This document shows positions 37,112 to 46,144 of a stretch of 64,000 nt of DNA, piece after piece (position 1 is the stretch's first letter; every line of letters starts with the position of its first letter). The notes under the pieces were generated by a model. It made no database searches and was not told where the DNA came from. It saw only the letters and a program-made list of their open reading frames with translations. The translations under genes and the position numbers were made by a program. Location of the stretch: assembly GCA_965247115.1 (NCBI GenBank), contig CBDFGR010000002.1, positions 480,001-544,000 of the forward strand, read 5' to 3'. The stretch comes from Myxococcota bacterium (lineage in GTDB: Bacteria; Myxococcota_A; UBA9160; SZUA-336).

Positions 37112-37990
37112 TCAGAGCGCCTTCGCGGGCTCGAGGAGAGTCGTCACGAGCTCGTCGAGCCTCTTCCGAACGGCGTCGGCGTCGCGCGCGAGCGCGCCCA
37201 CAATGACCTGGTCGGCGCCTGCCTCGGCAAAGCGCGCCAGGTCGTCCGCGTCGACCACCTGACCCGGCGCGGCCACGCTGATCTCCACGTCGCTGCGCGT
37301 CCTGCCCCGCGCTGCGAGCAGCTCGTCGAGCCGGCGCATGCGAGAGGCGAACTCCTCTGGCGTGAGGTTGAAGCCGTACCAGCCCTGCCCGATGTCCACT
37401 ACCCGGCGCAGCGCCGCGTCACTCTCACCGCCGAAGTGGATGGGTGGGTGCGGCGACTGCACGGGCTTCGGATACTGGCGACAGGCGGGCAGCTCGTAGA
37501 ACTCGTCCTTGTACTCCGACACCTCGTCGCACCAGAGGCTTCGCATCACCTCCAGGTACGAGCGGCAGCGGGAGCCGCGATGCTCGAACGGAACCTCGAG
37601 CGCGCGGAACTCCTCCGCCAGCCAGCCCACACCCACGCCGAGGTCCAGACGACCGCCCGATAGCCAGTCGACATTCGTCGCTTCCTTCGCGGTGTAGACG
37701 GGGTTCCGCTGCGGCACGAGGCAGATGCCGGTCCCGAGCCGGATGCGTTCGGTGACCGCGGCTACGAAGGCGAGGCCCGTGAAGGGCTCGAGAATCCCCT
37801 GCTCGCTGGAGATCCGGATCCGGCCGTCCTCGGCATACGGGTAGCGCGAGCAGTACTCGTCGAACAGCACCACGTGCTCGGCGACCCAGAGCGAGTGGAA
37901 ACCACGCTCGTCGGCTGCGCGGCCGACCGCCTGGATGTAGTCCGGCGTGCAGAGCGGGCTTGCAAACGGTGCGAACAGTCCAACGCGCAT
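37112..37990 (-). CDS. LLM-class (probable F420-dependent) oxidoreductase
   Basis: GFHSLWVAEHVV, RIRLGTGI, SGGRL.LGVGVGW..EEF and PKPVQ.PHPPI.FGG. Confidence 0.88.
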   Translation of the reverse strand: MRVGLFAPFASPLCTPDYIQAVGRAADERGFHSLWVAEHVVLFDEYCSRYPYAEDGRIRISSEQGILEPFTGLAFVAAVTERIRLGTGICLVPQRNPVYTAKEATNVDWLSGGRLDLGVGVGWLAEEFRALEVPFEHRGSRCRSYLEVMRSLWCDEVSEYKDEFYELPACRQYPKPVQSPHPPIHFGGESDAALRRVVDIGQGWYGFNLTPEEFASRMRRLDELLAARGRTRSDVEISVAAPGQVVDADDLARFAEAGADQVIVGALARDADAVRKRLDELVTTLLEPAKAL

Positions 37991-38067
37991 GGCGACCTCC
38001 CGAGAGCTCGAGTGAGAGAGCGGGCCAGCAGTGTATCATCGGGCCGCGGCGGCGACGGAGGTCTGGA

Positions 38068-38919
38068 ATGAGGACGAGTGCGAGAGCCTTGTCCCTGCTC
38101 TTGCTACTTCTGGGACCGGCCTGTAGCGCCGAGCCGGGCGGGCGAGAGCTCCTGCTCGCCACCACTACGAGCCTGCAGGACTCCGGTCTGCTCGACGCGC
38201 TGCTGCCACGCTTCCGCGAGCAGAACGGCATTGCGGTGCGCACGATAGCGGTGGGCACCGGAGCCGCGCTGCGCATGGGTCAGGAGGGCAACGTCGACAT
38301 CCTGCTGACCCACGCACCGGAGGCGGAGCAGGAGCTCGTGGACTCGGGTGCCGTGCTGGGGCGGCGTCCGCTCATGGAGAACTTCTTCGTGCTCGCGGGC
38401 CCAGCGCCAGACCCGTTCGGCATCGCGAGCGCCGGCTCCGCCGCCGCGGCCTTCCAGCGGCTGTGGCGCGAGCACGCTCCCTACGTGAGCCGAGGCGACG
38501 ACTCGGGTACGCACAAGCGCGAGCTCGCGCTACTTCGGGCCGCTGGCCTCGAGGCCGTGGGAGACTGGGAAGACTACGTTCGAACGGGCTCGGGCATGGG
38601 GCTGTCACTTCAAGTCGCGGGCGAGAGACAGGCCTACATCCTGTCGGATATGGGCACGTTTCTGGCCTTCGAGGAACGCACGAAGCTGGCCTCCCTCTCG
38701 CGCGAGGAGCCGGCGCTCCGGAACGTCTACTCGGTGCTGCGGGTGAGCCCGGAACGCTTTCCAGGACGCATCCGGAGCGAGTCCGCCCTCGAGCTCGAGC
38801 GCTTCCTCGTGAGCCGAGACGTCCAGCTGCGAATCGCGACGTTCGGTCGCGAGCGCTTCGGACAGCCGCTCTTCCGCCCGCTCGCGGGCGCGGCGGAAGA
38901 CGGAGCGGACGTTGACTGA
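38068..38919 (+). CDS. tupA: Tungstate ABC transporter substrate-binding protein
   Basis: Signal peptide, LATTTSLQDSGLL (TTTS motif), VGTGAAL and SRGDDSGTH. Confidence 0.9.
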   Translation: MRTSARALSLLLLLLGPACSAEPGGRELLLATTTSLQDSGLLDALLPRFREQNGIAVRTIAVGTGAALRMGQEGNVDILLTHAPEAEQELVDSGAVLGRRPLMENFFVLAGPAPDPFGIASAGSAAAAFQRLWREHAPYVSRGDDSGTHKRELALLRAAGLEAVGDWEDYVRTGSGMGLSLQVAGERQAYILSDMGTFLAFEERTKLASLSREEPALRNVYSVLRVSPERFPGRIRSESALELERFLVSRDVQLRIATFGRERFGQPLFRPLAGAAEDGADVD

Positions 38920-39568
38920 GCTCGACCCGACCCTGGTCCTGGAGATCACGGCCCGCACGCTCGGCGTGAGCTTCGCAGCCCTCGCAATCTCCGTCGTGCT
39001 CGGCGTCCCCGTCGGCATCTGGGTGGGCAGCCGGCGCTTCGCCGGCCGTGGCGCCCTGGTGAGCGCCATCAACTCGGGCATGGGAGCACCACCGGTGGTG
39101 GTCGGACTTGCGGTGGCGCTCTTGCTCTGGCGCACGGGCCCGCTCGGCAGCTTCGGCCTGATGTACTCGCGCGAGGCCATCATCCTGGCACAGGTGCTGA
39201 TCGCCCTGCCCCTGGTCGTGGGCATCACACTGGCCGCGGTGGGCGCGCTCGACGCGGAGTGGTCGCTGCAGGTGCGCACCCTCGGGCTGTCGCTGCCATG
39301 GCGCACCTGGCTGCTCTTGCGGGAGATCCGTCTGGGCCTGTTGGCGGCCGTGATCGCCGCGCTTGGCGCGATCCTCTCCGAGGTGGGGGCGGTGATGATG
39401 GTCGGCGGCAACCTCGAAGGCGAGACGCGCGTATTGACGACATCGATCTTCATGTACACACGTATGGGACAGTTCGAGACCGCGATCGGTCTTGGCGCCG
39501 TGCTGGTCGGGCTCATGCTGCTCCTGGCCGGCCTGCTGACTGCGGTCCAGCAGGGCGGGCGCAGATGA
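38912..39568 (+). CDS. tupB: Tungstate ABC transporter permease
   Basis: MG.PPVVVGL and SEVGAVMMVGGN.EGETRVLTT. Confidence 0.9.
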   Translation: MTELDPTLVLEITARTLGVSFAALAISVVLGVPVGIWVGSRRFAGRGALVSAINSGMGAPPVVVGLAVALLLWRTGPLGSFGLMYSREAIILAQVLIALPLVVGITLAAVGALDAEWSLQVRTLGLSLPWRTWLLLREIRLGLLAAVIAALGAILSEVGAVMMVGGNLEGETRVLTTSIFMYTRMGQFETAIGLGAVLVGLMLLLAGLLTAVQQGGRR

Positions 39569-40647
39569 GCGCGCCTGTTCTGTCCGCACGTGACCTCTTT
39601 GTGCGGCGGCGTTCGCCCAGCGGCAGCTTCGAGCTTCGCGTCGCAAGCCTCGAGCTCTTTGCGGGAGAGGCTCTCGCGATCCTTGGCCCGAACGGTGCGG
39701 GCAAGACGACCCTGCTGCAGGCGCTCGCCGGGCTGGAACGCCCCGAGAGCGGTCAGATCACGCGCGCAGCCTCAGGCCCCGTCACCATGGCGTTCCAGCG
39801 GCCCATCGCCTTCGAGGGAAGCGTGGAGCACAACGTGAGGGCCGCGCTCTTGAGCTCGGGGCTTTCCGCCTCAGACCGGCGCCTGCGCGTGGCCGAGGCG
39901 CTGGGACGCTTCGGGATTGAGCGGCTGGCCCGGCGCCGCGCCAGACAGCTCTCCGGCGGGGAGCTGCGGCGTCTGGCACTGGCCCGAGCCTTCGCCTTGC
40001 GCCCGGCGGTGCTGCTGCTGGACGAGCCCTTCGACGATCTCGACGCAGCGGCGCAGGAAGCGCTGTCCCTCGACCTGCGCCGGGCCATGGACGAGACGGA
40101 GGTCGCACTCGCCGTCGTCACACACGACTTGCGTCGCGCGGCGCTCATCTCGGACCGGATCGCCGCACTGATCGGGGGACGCATCCAGCAGCTCGATCTA
40201 CGCGATGAAGTACTGCGGCGACCGGCCACGCTCGCGGTAGCCCGTCTGGTGGGCATGTCGAACCTGATCCCCGGGACCGTACTCGACTCGCCGGGAAGAG
40301 AGCAGGTTCGGGTCGAGATAGACAGCGCTCACCAGATCGATGTTCCCGCTGCACTGCCCGGTGGGAGCGCCGTGTGGCTGGGAATCCGCCCCGAGCACCT
40401 CAAGCTCGACGTTGGAGGTGGCGGCGGCACACCAATCGGCAAGGGGGTCATACGCCAGCTCGTCTCGGATGGGGTGCTGACGCGCGTCAGCCTGGACTGG
40501 GCCGGCTTCGAGCTGCGCACGCACCTGGTCGCCGGGAGAGGTCTCGCGCGCAGCCTCTCCTCGGGGGACTCGGTCACCCTGTCGGTTCGGGCCCACGACC
40601 TGCACCTGATCCAGCGTGCGCCGGAGCAGGTCGAGTTCAGAAGCTGA
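39565..40647 (+). CDS. tupC: Tungstate ABC transporter ATP-binding protein with C-terminal TOBE-like region
   Basis: GPNGAGKT, LSGGE, LLLDEP and IRPE. ATGA overlap with tupB. Confidence 0.85.
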   Translation: MSAPVLSARDLFVRRRSPSGSFELRVASLELFAGEALAILGPNGAGKTTLLQALAGLERPESGQITRAASGPVTMAFQRPIAFEGSVEHNVRAALLSSGLSASDRRLRVAEALGRFGIERLARRRARQLSGGELRRLALARAFALRPAVLLLDEPFDDLDAAAQEALSLDLRRAMDETEVALAVVTHDLRRAALISDRIAALIGGRIQQLDLRDEVLRRPATLAVARLVGMSNLIPGTVLDSPGREQVRVEIDSAHQIDVPAALPGGSAVWLGIRPEHLKLDVGGGGGTPIGKGVIRQLVSDGVLTRVSLDWAGFELRTHLVAGRGLARSLSSGDSVTLSVRAHDLHLIQRAPEQVEFRS

Positions 40648-41821
40648 CCGAGAGGCTCTCATCCGCCGGCGACCAGAGCTGGCGGCGTTTCCTCGAGAAA
40701 TGGAGGGGCTTGCCGTCGAAGCCGTCCGGCGGCAGGGCGGGCATGTAGTTCGGAACCAGCGCGCCGAGACCTTCGGGCAGCCGGCCTCGCTCGGCCTGGT
40801 ACGCCTCGACGGCAAGGCGGGTCTGGAGCAGTGAGATGCGCGTGTCGGTCTGGCAGCGCGCTTGCTCGGCGCTGCGGAAGTCGGGCGCCAGGATCGCCAT
40901 GTAGAGCTGCCCGACGCCGTTCGGTGCGACGAGCTGACGCCATCCGGTGTAGGTATAGCGACTCGCCAGCTCGCGGGCGGCCGAGAGCTCCGAGCAGACC
41001 CGCGGCGCGTCGGCCTGAAGCGCGCGGAAGTACTCTGCCAGCTCCTTGAAGGTCCGGTTCGGGTGGAAGATGTACGAGTCCGGTGCCAGCCGGATCGCCT
41101 GACGGCTCAGGCCGCTGAAGGCACCGACCCCGGCGTCACGGTCCGCGAAGCCCGACTCGAAGGCGCGAACGGCGCCGATCTTGATCGACTGGTACTCCGT
41201 CGCCCACATGCGGCTGCGCGCGTCGGGGTTACTGCGGAGCGCCTCGACCTGTCGGATCAGCCGGCGCGCCCTGCCCGGCTCCAGCGGCCTGCGATTCACC
41301 GTATCCTCGAGCGATTCCAGGCCGATCCCTTTGATCGTGATGCCAGCCTTCGCGTGGGCCAGAGCGGCGCCCCGCGCCCCTTCGATCAACCTGCCCAGCC
41401 TGAGGATGGCGATCCCGTCGGCCAGGGCTAGGCGCTGCTGCGCGTAGTCCGTGCGCAGCCACGCCCGCTGACCCAGGAGCTCCGCGATGTTGATCCAGCG
41501 TGAGACGTCGGGCGACTCGTCGCCGGGGCCGAGATACGGGGGAAACTGCATGTCCGGGGCCGCCAGCAGATGCACCAGGTGCTTGAGGGCGTAGCGGTTC
41601 TGGTCCAGCAGCTCCGGGGAAACTGCGGCTCCTTCGGGCCACTCGAGCTCCGCGGCGGTACGGGCCAGGTAGGTGTAGCCATTGTCCTCTTCCGAGAGGG
41701 TCTTCAGCTTGACGCGCAGATCCGAGTCCGCGGTCTCTTCCAGGTCCCTGCCCTGGTACACCATCCAGCTCGGCACGGCGCAGACCAAAAGCAGTAACGC
41801 GAGGCTCAGGAACAGCTTCAC
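40637..41821 (-). CDS. Hypothetical membrane-anchored helical protein with pseudopilin-like C-terminus
   Basis: N-terminal TM after GTG with GGGAGGG RBS. C-terminal LAVEAY..ERGRLP..L..LVPNY...LP.D.FDGKPL.F. Confidence 0.6.
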   Translation of the reverse strand: MKLFLSLALLLLVCAVPSWMVYQGRDLEETADSDLRVKLKTLSEEDNGYTYLARTAAELEWPEGAAVSPELLDQNRYALKHLVHLLAAPDMQFPPYLGPGDESPDVSRWINIAELLGQRAWLRTDYAQQRLALADGIAILRLGRLIEGARGAALAHAKAGITIKGIGLESLEDTVNRRPLEPGRARRLIRQVEALRSNPDARSRMWATEYQSIKIGAVRAFESGFADRDAGVGAFSGLSRQAIRLAPDSYIFHPNRTFKELAEYFRALQADAPRVCSELSAARELASRYTYTGWRQLVAPNGVGQLYMAILAPDFRSAEQARCQTDTRISLLQTRLAVEAYQAERGRLPEGLGALVPNYMPALPPDGFDGKPLHFSRKRRQLWSPADESLSVSF

Positions 41822-41841
41822 GTGTCGACCCTCCCGACGGC

Positions 41842-41870
41842 CTATCGGCCCCGGGAGAGCCCCTACTTGA
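41842..41870 (-). promoter_or_regulatory. sigma28-like promoter motif
   Basis: CTCAAG-N15-GCCGATAG, 20 nt upstream of the start codon at 41821. Confidence 0.55.
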
Positions 41871-42019
41871 GAGCCCCGGAACTTCTGGCCGATCCGGGGG
41901 TCACACGCGCCACTGCTACCCAACGCCCCGGGATCCGCACGTCGGAGAAGGAGGCCTAGCGCACTGGATCGCAGCTGCTCGGCTAGAATGCGCAAGGTCT
42001 CGCGGCGGAGGCGGCCGGG

Positions 42020-42853
42020 ATGAGAAAGCAGCTACGCAAGGCGCTCGAGAGCGAGAGCATGGTGGTGGCCCCGTTCGTGTACGACGGGCTCCAGGCCAGG
42101 CTCGCCGAGGCGGCCGGGCTCGAGGCCGCCTATATGACCGGGTTCGGGACGGCTGCAGCACGAGGGCTACCCGATCTCGGACTACTCGGCGCGGCCGAGA
42201 TGGTAGAGAACGTCCGAAGTCTCGCCGCCAGCATCCGCATTCCGTTGATTTGCGACGCCGACACGGGCTACGGCGCCGCGCTGAACGTCATCCGTACCGT
42301 CCATGCGTACGAGGACGCGGGTGCCGCCGCGCTGCACCTGGAGGACCAGGTGTGGCCCAAGCGCTGCGGATTTCTCGACGGGAAGCAGGTGATTCCCCTC
42401 GAGCAGATGCTGCCAAAATTGCGGGCGGCCTGCGGCGAGAGGCGCGATCCGGATCTGGTCATCATCGGCAGAACGGACGCGCTGCAGCCGGAGGGCTGGG
42501 ACTCGGTGGAACGCCGCGCGCGTGCCTACGTGGAGGCGGGTGTCGACCTCGTCTTCGTCGACGGGATTCGCACGCTGGAGGACCTCGACCACTACGTCGA
42601 GCGACTCGGCGACCTGCCGCGGCTCTACAACGGCCAGCTCCTCGCGGCCTCCGAGATCGAGGCGCGGGGATTCAAGCTGATGATCCACCCGGCCACGCTG
42701 GGCGTCGTCTTCGCCGCTGCGCGCGACGCCATGCGGGAGCTCAAGGAGACGGGACAGATCGGGGAGCCGGGCGGGCTGCATGGCTTCGACGAGCTGGTTG
42801 CCCTGCTCGGGGTGCCGGAAGCCCTGGAGACCGCACAGAAGTACGAGAGCTAG
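42020..42853 (+). CDS. Isocitrate lyase/PEP mutase family protein (PrpB-like)
   Basis: YMTG, PDLG, DADTGYG, LEDQVWPKRCG and GRTDA. Confidence 0.9.
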   Translation: MRKQLRKALESESMVVAPFVYDGLQARLAEAAGLEAAYMTGFGTAAARGLPDLGLLGAAEMVENVRSLAASIRIPLICDADTGYGAALNVIRTVHAYEDAGAAALHLEDQVWPKRCGFLDGKQVIPLEQMLPKLRAACGERRDPDLVIIGRTDALQPEGWDSVERRARAYVEAGVDLVFVDGIRTLEDLDHYVERLGDLPRLYNGQLLAASEIEARGFKLMIHPATLGVVFAAARDAMRELKETGQIGEPGGLHGFDELVALLGVPEALETAQKYES

Positions 42854-42871
42854 CCCGCTCGTGGCCGAGGC

Positions 42872-43324
42872 CTAACGCTCCTCCTCGGGATACAGCTCCG
42901 CGTAGCTGGGATCACCGTGCTCCCACTGCAGCTCGGCCGCGTTCAGGGAGTCGCAGACGGTATCCATCTCCACCTCCGGCGGGATGTTGATGGAGATGAA
43001 ACCGGCCGTCGCGCCTTCGTAGCTGCAGCCCAGCTCAACGAGCCATTCGAGGATCGTGGCCGACTCCTCAGACTGGTCTGCAGGCGGGTCGAGAACGAGG
43101 CGGACCGTGCGATTTCCGGACTTCCTCACAACGCGCACCAGGGTCGGTATGTCGCCCTCGCGCTCCGGGCGCGCCTCGATCACGTCCTGCCATGACACGC
43201 CGTAAGCGTAGAACGGGCTGTTGTCGAGCTTGTAGCGGTCGTGGCCCACAGGCGTAGCCCACAGGGTCTCGACGCGGTCGGACCGATCCCTGAGCTCGAC
43301 CTTCACCATCTCGGGGTCACTCAT
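42872..43324 (-). CDS. DUF4265 domain protein
   Basis: ETLWA, LDNSPFYAYGVSWQDV and KSGNRTVR. Confidence 0.8.
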   Translation of the reverse strand: MSDPEMVKVELRDRSDRVETLWATPVGHDRYKLDNSPFYAYGVSWQDVIEARPEREGDIPTLVRVVRKSGNRTVRLVLDPPADQSEESATILEWLVELGCSYEGATAGFISINIPPEVEMDTVCDSLNAAELQWEHGDPSYAELYPEEER

Positions 43325-43461
43325 CTGCAGGCCCCCCAACCTCACAATGGCGTTTTACCCTATCACGGCAGGTCTCTCAGTCGAGGCAAATGCGTGCGCG
43401 ACCCCACGCCCGCTCGGTCCCCGGATGGGGTACGGCGATCCGGCGCCGCGAAGCCCGCGCA

Positions 43462-44319
43462 TCAGCCGAGGAGACGCCCTCTGCAGATCGGCGTGCACGA
43501 GCCGATCAGGTCGACGCGGTAGTCGTCGTGGACATGGACGGACAACCGGCCACCGGGCATGCACACCTGAACCTGATCATCGACGAGCCCGAGACGCCGC
43601 GCCGCCGCGGCCACTGCGCAGCTGGACGAGCCCGAGGCCAGCGTCGCGCCCGCGCCCCGCTCCCAGATCAGCACCTCGACGGTGTTGCGTCCAAGCGGAC
43701 GCGCGAGCTGCACGTTGATCCGCTTTGGAAAGCGCGGATGGTTTTCGACCTGGGGGCCGATCTCGTGCAGGTCGATCTCGCGCAGCTCGTCCATGAAGAT
43801 CACACAGTGCGGGTTCCCGATGGACACGCAGGTCGCCTCCACCTTGCGCGTCTCGAGCTCCAGGCGTTCGCCGAGCATCTGGCGCGCGGGCCCGGTGGCC
43901 CCGACGGCCGCGCTCTCGAAGCTTGCAACCCCCATCTCGACTTTGACCCTGAGCACGATGTCGCCGCGCCCGAAGAGCGTCACGCGCACGACTCCGCCCG
44001 GCGTCTCGACGCTGAAGGCGCGGCGGCGCGTGTAGCCGAAGTCGTGCAGGAAGCGCGCGAAGATGCGAAGGCCGTTCCCGCTCTTCTCTGCTTCGGAGCC
44101 GTCGGGGTTGAAGATGCGCAGACCGAAGTCCCCGCGCCGCGAGCGGACGCGCGCCAGGATCCCGTCACAGCCCAGACCGTGGTGTCGGTCGCATAGCTTT
44201 CGGATGTTGCTACGAGTGAGGCGCTGCCCGAAGCTCAGCGTATCGATGGCGACGTAATCGTTGCCCAGCGCGTGGTACCTCGCGAACTCGCGCGGCCGAA
44301 GACGTCGCTCCGCTTTCAC
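43462..44319 (-). CDS. dapF: Diaminopimelate epimerase family, Ser/Ser active-site variant
   Basis: HALGNDY, IFNPDGSEAEKSGNG, GNPHC and WERGAGATLASGSS. Confidence 0.88.
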   Translation of the reverse strand: MKAERRLRPREFARYHALGNDYVAIDTLSFGQRLTRSNIRKLCDRHHGLGCDGILARVRSRRGDFGLRIFNPDGSEAEKSGNGLRIFARFLHDFGYTRRRAFSVETPGGVVRVTLFGRGDIVLRVKVEMGVASFESAAVGATGPARQMLGERLELETRKVEATCVSIGNPHCVIFMDELREIDLHEIGPQVENHPRFPKRINVQLARPLGRNTVEVLIWERGAGATLASGSSSCAVAAAARRLGLVDDQVQVCMPGGRLSVHVHDDYRVDLIGSCTPICRGRLLG

Positions 44320-44410
44320 CGCTCCTCCTGTTCCACTCCTCGGAGCGTTCGCTACAGGCGAGCATCATATCCGAGCTAGAGGTCGTGCGTGGGGAGGGTA
44401 GAATGCCGGC

Positions 44411-45433
44411 ATGAACCCCGGACCGCGCGAGCGAGGCATACAGACGATCTGCCTTCTGCTGCTCTCCACGCTGGCCGCCGCCGCCGCTCTCTACTGGCTG
44501 CGGCCCGTGATGGTGCCCTTCGTGCTCGCCGTGTTCATCGCCTACGGCCTCTCGCCGCTGGTCGACCTTTCGGTGCGCCGGCTCCGCTTTCCACGCGCGC
44601 TCGCGGTCGCCGGCACGCTGGCACTGGCCTTCCTGTTGCTCCTCTTGCTCGGCGGACTGATCTCGGCATCGGTGGGACAGCTCGCCTCGAACGCGGAGGC
44701 GTATCAGGCCCAGCTGAGCCAGCTGCTTGCAACCGTGGCCGAGAACCTGCCCTTGGAACGCTATGGCGTGAACGCGGACCTGCAGCTGGATCCGCTGTCG
44801 CAGATCCCGGCCAGCGCCGTCGGCAACATGCTGCTGGGGACGACGAACGCCCTCGTCGATCTCCTCTCGCAGTCCATCCTCGTGCTGATCTTCGTCATCT
44901 TCCTCTTGATCGGAAGTGGTGGGCGGGCGCCGCTGACCGGAGTGTGGAGCGAGATCGAGTCCAACATCCAGCGCTACCTGGCAACAAAGGCCGCCCTCTC
45001 CGCCGCGACCGGGCTGCTCGTGGGACTGGTTCTGAGCGTGCTCGGGGTGGACCTCGCACTCGTGTTCGCTCTCTTCGCCTTCCTGTTGAACTTCATCCCC
45101 AGCGTCGGCTCGGTCATCGCCACCCTGCTACCCCTGCCCGTCGTGCTGGTGAGCCCGGAGATCACACCCTTGACGGCGGTGCTGGCCATCGCGATTCCCG
45201 GCGCCATTCAGCTCACTATCGGGAACGCGCTCGAGCCGAAGATCATGGGCGACACCCTGGATCTTCACCCGGTCGTGATCCTGATTATGCTGATCTTCTG
45301 GGGCATCCTGTGGGGCATCCCCGGCATGCTGCTCGCCACCCCGATCACGGCCGTCTTGAAGATCCTGTTCGGCAGGATCGAGCAGACCCGACCCCTCGCC
45401 AACCTGCTCGCGGGCCGCCTCTCCCCCGGCTGA
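44411..45433 (+). CDS. AI-2E family transporter
   Basis: Multi-TM, LLNFIP.VGS, GNALEPKIMG..LHPV and WG..GMLLA.P. Confidence 0.9.
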   Translation: MNPGPRERGIQTICLLLLSTLAAAAALYWLRPVMVPFVLAVFIAYGLSPLVDLSVRRLRFPRALAVAGTLALAFLLLLLLGGLISASVGQLASNAEAYQAQLSQLLATVAENLPLERYGVNADLQLDPLSQIPASAVGNMLLGTTNALVDLLSQSILVLIFVIFLLIGSGGRAPLTGVWSEIESNIQRYLATKAALSAATGLLVGLVLSVLGVDLALVFALFAFLLNFIPSVGSVIATLLPLPVVLVSPEITPLTAVLAIAIPGAIQLTIGNALEPKIMGDTLDLHPVVILIMLIFWGILWGIPGMLLATPITAVLKILFGRIEQTRPLANLLAGRLSPG

Positions 45434-45442
45434 TCGACCCCC

Positions 45443-46144
45443 TCAGGGGTCCTCGCCGCCGGTCGGGATCCTCTCGATCAGGCTCTGCCAGGTGGCCTGG
45501 ATGGTGTCCTCGAAGGGGATCAGCTCCTCGCGGAAGGTCTCCTGGGCGAGCGTCAGATCGGAGATGCCCTCCCACACGATCCGGCCGGACCGGCCGTCCC
45601 AGAGCTGGAGCTGGAAGCGCGCATTGGCGGAGGCCGTCTTGCCGAGCCGGAGCCCGAACACGCTGAGACGCGTGCTGAAGGCCTCATTGAAGGTCACGAG
45701 GATCGGCACGGCAAAGTACCGGACGCCGACCACGTCCGACATCTGGACCAGCACGTCGCGCTCGAGGATGTTCGTCTTGTCGTAGATCTCGAGCATGGCC
45801 GCATACTCGTCAGCCAGATCCGCCTCGTTGATCTTGCTCGAGGCAAGGTTCGGGTGCACGAGCCCGCGCTCCAGGCGTCGCTGCAGGGTCTCGACCAGCG
45901 CCTGAGAGATCGCCTGACCAAAGGTCTCACGCCCGAATCCCACGCGGACGGCGAGGCTCGTCAGCCCGCCGCTCTCGAGCTCTTGAACCCCGAAGCCCGG
46001 CTCCCGATACAGCTCTCGCGAGTTGACCGCACGTTGCATCCGCGAGTTGCTCTGAGGAGCCCGGTAGCAGCCGGCGATAGCGGCGAGCAGGATCAGGAAG
46101 AGGACCGGCGAGCGCGGGCTCGCATGAAGCAGGCGCCGGCTCAA
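45443..46144 (-). CDS. Hypothetical lipoprotein
   Basis: TTG overlaps upstream TGA. Lipobox-like LLAAIAGC. C-terminal LWDGRSGRIVWEG. Confidence 0.6.
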   Translation of the reverse strand: MSRRLLHASPRSPVLFLILLAAIAGCYRAPQSNSRMQRAVNSRELYREPGFGVQELESGGLTSLAVRVGFGRETFGQAISQALVETLQRRLERGLVHPNLASSKINEADLADEYAAMLEIYDKTNILERDVLVQMSDVVGVRYFAVPILVTFNEAFSTRLSVFGLRLGKTASANARFQLQLWDGRSGRIVWEGISDLTLAQETFREELIPFEDTIQATWQSLIERIPTGGEDP

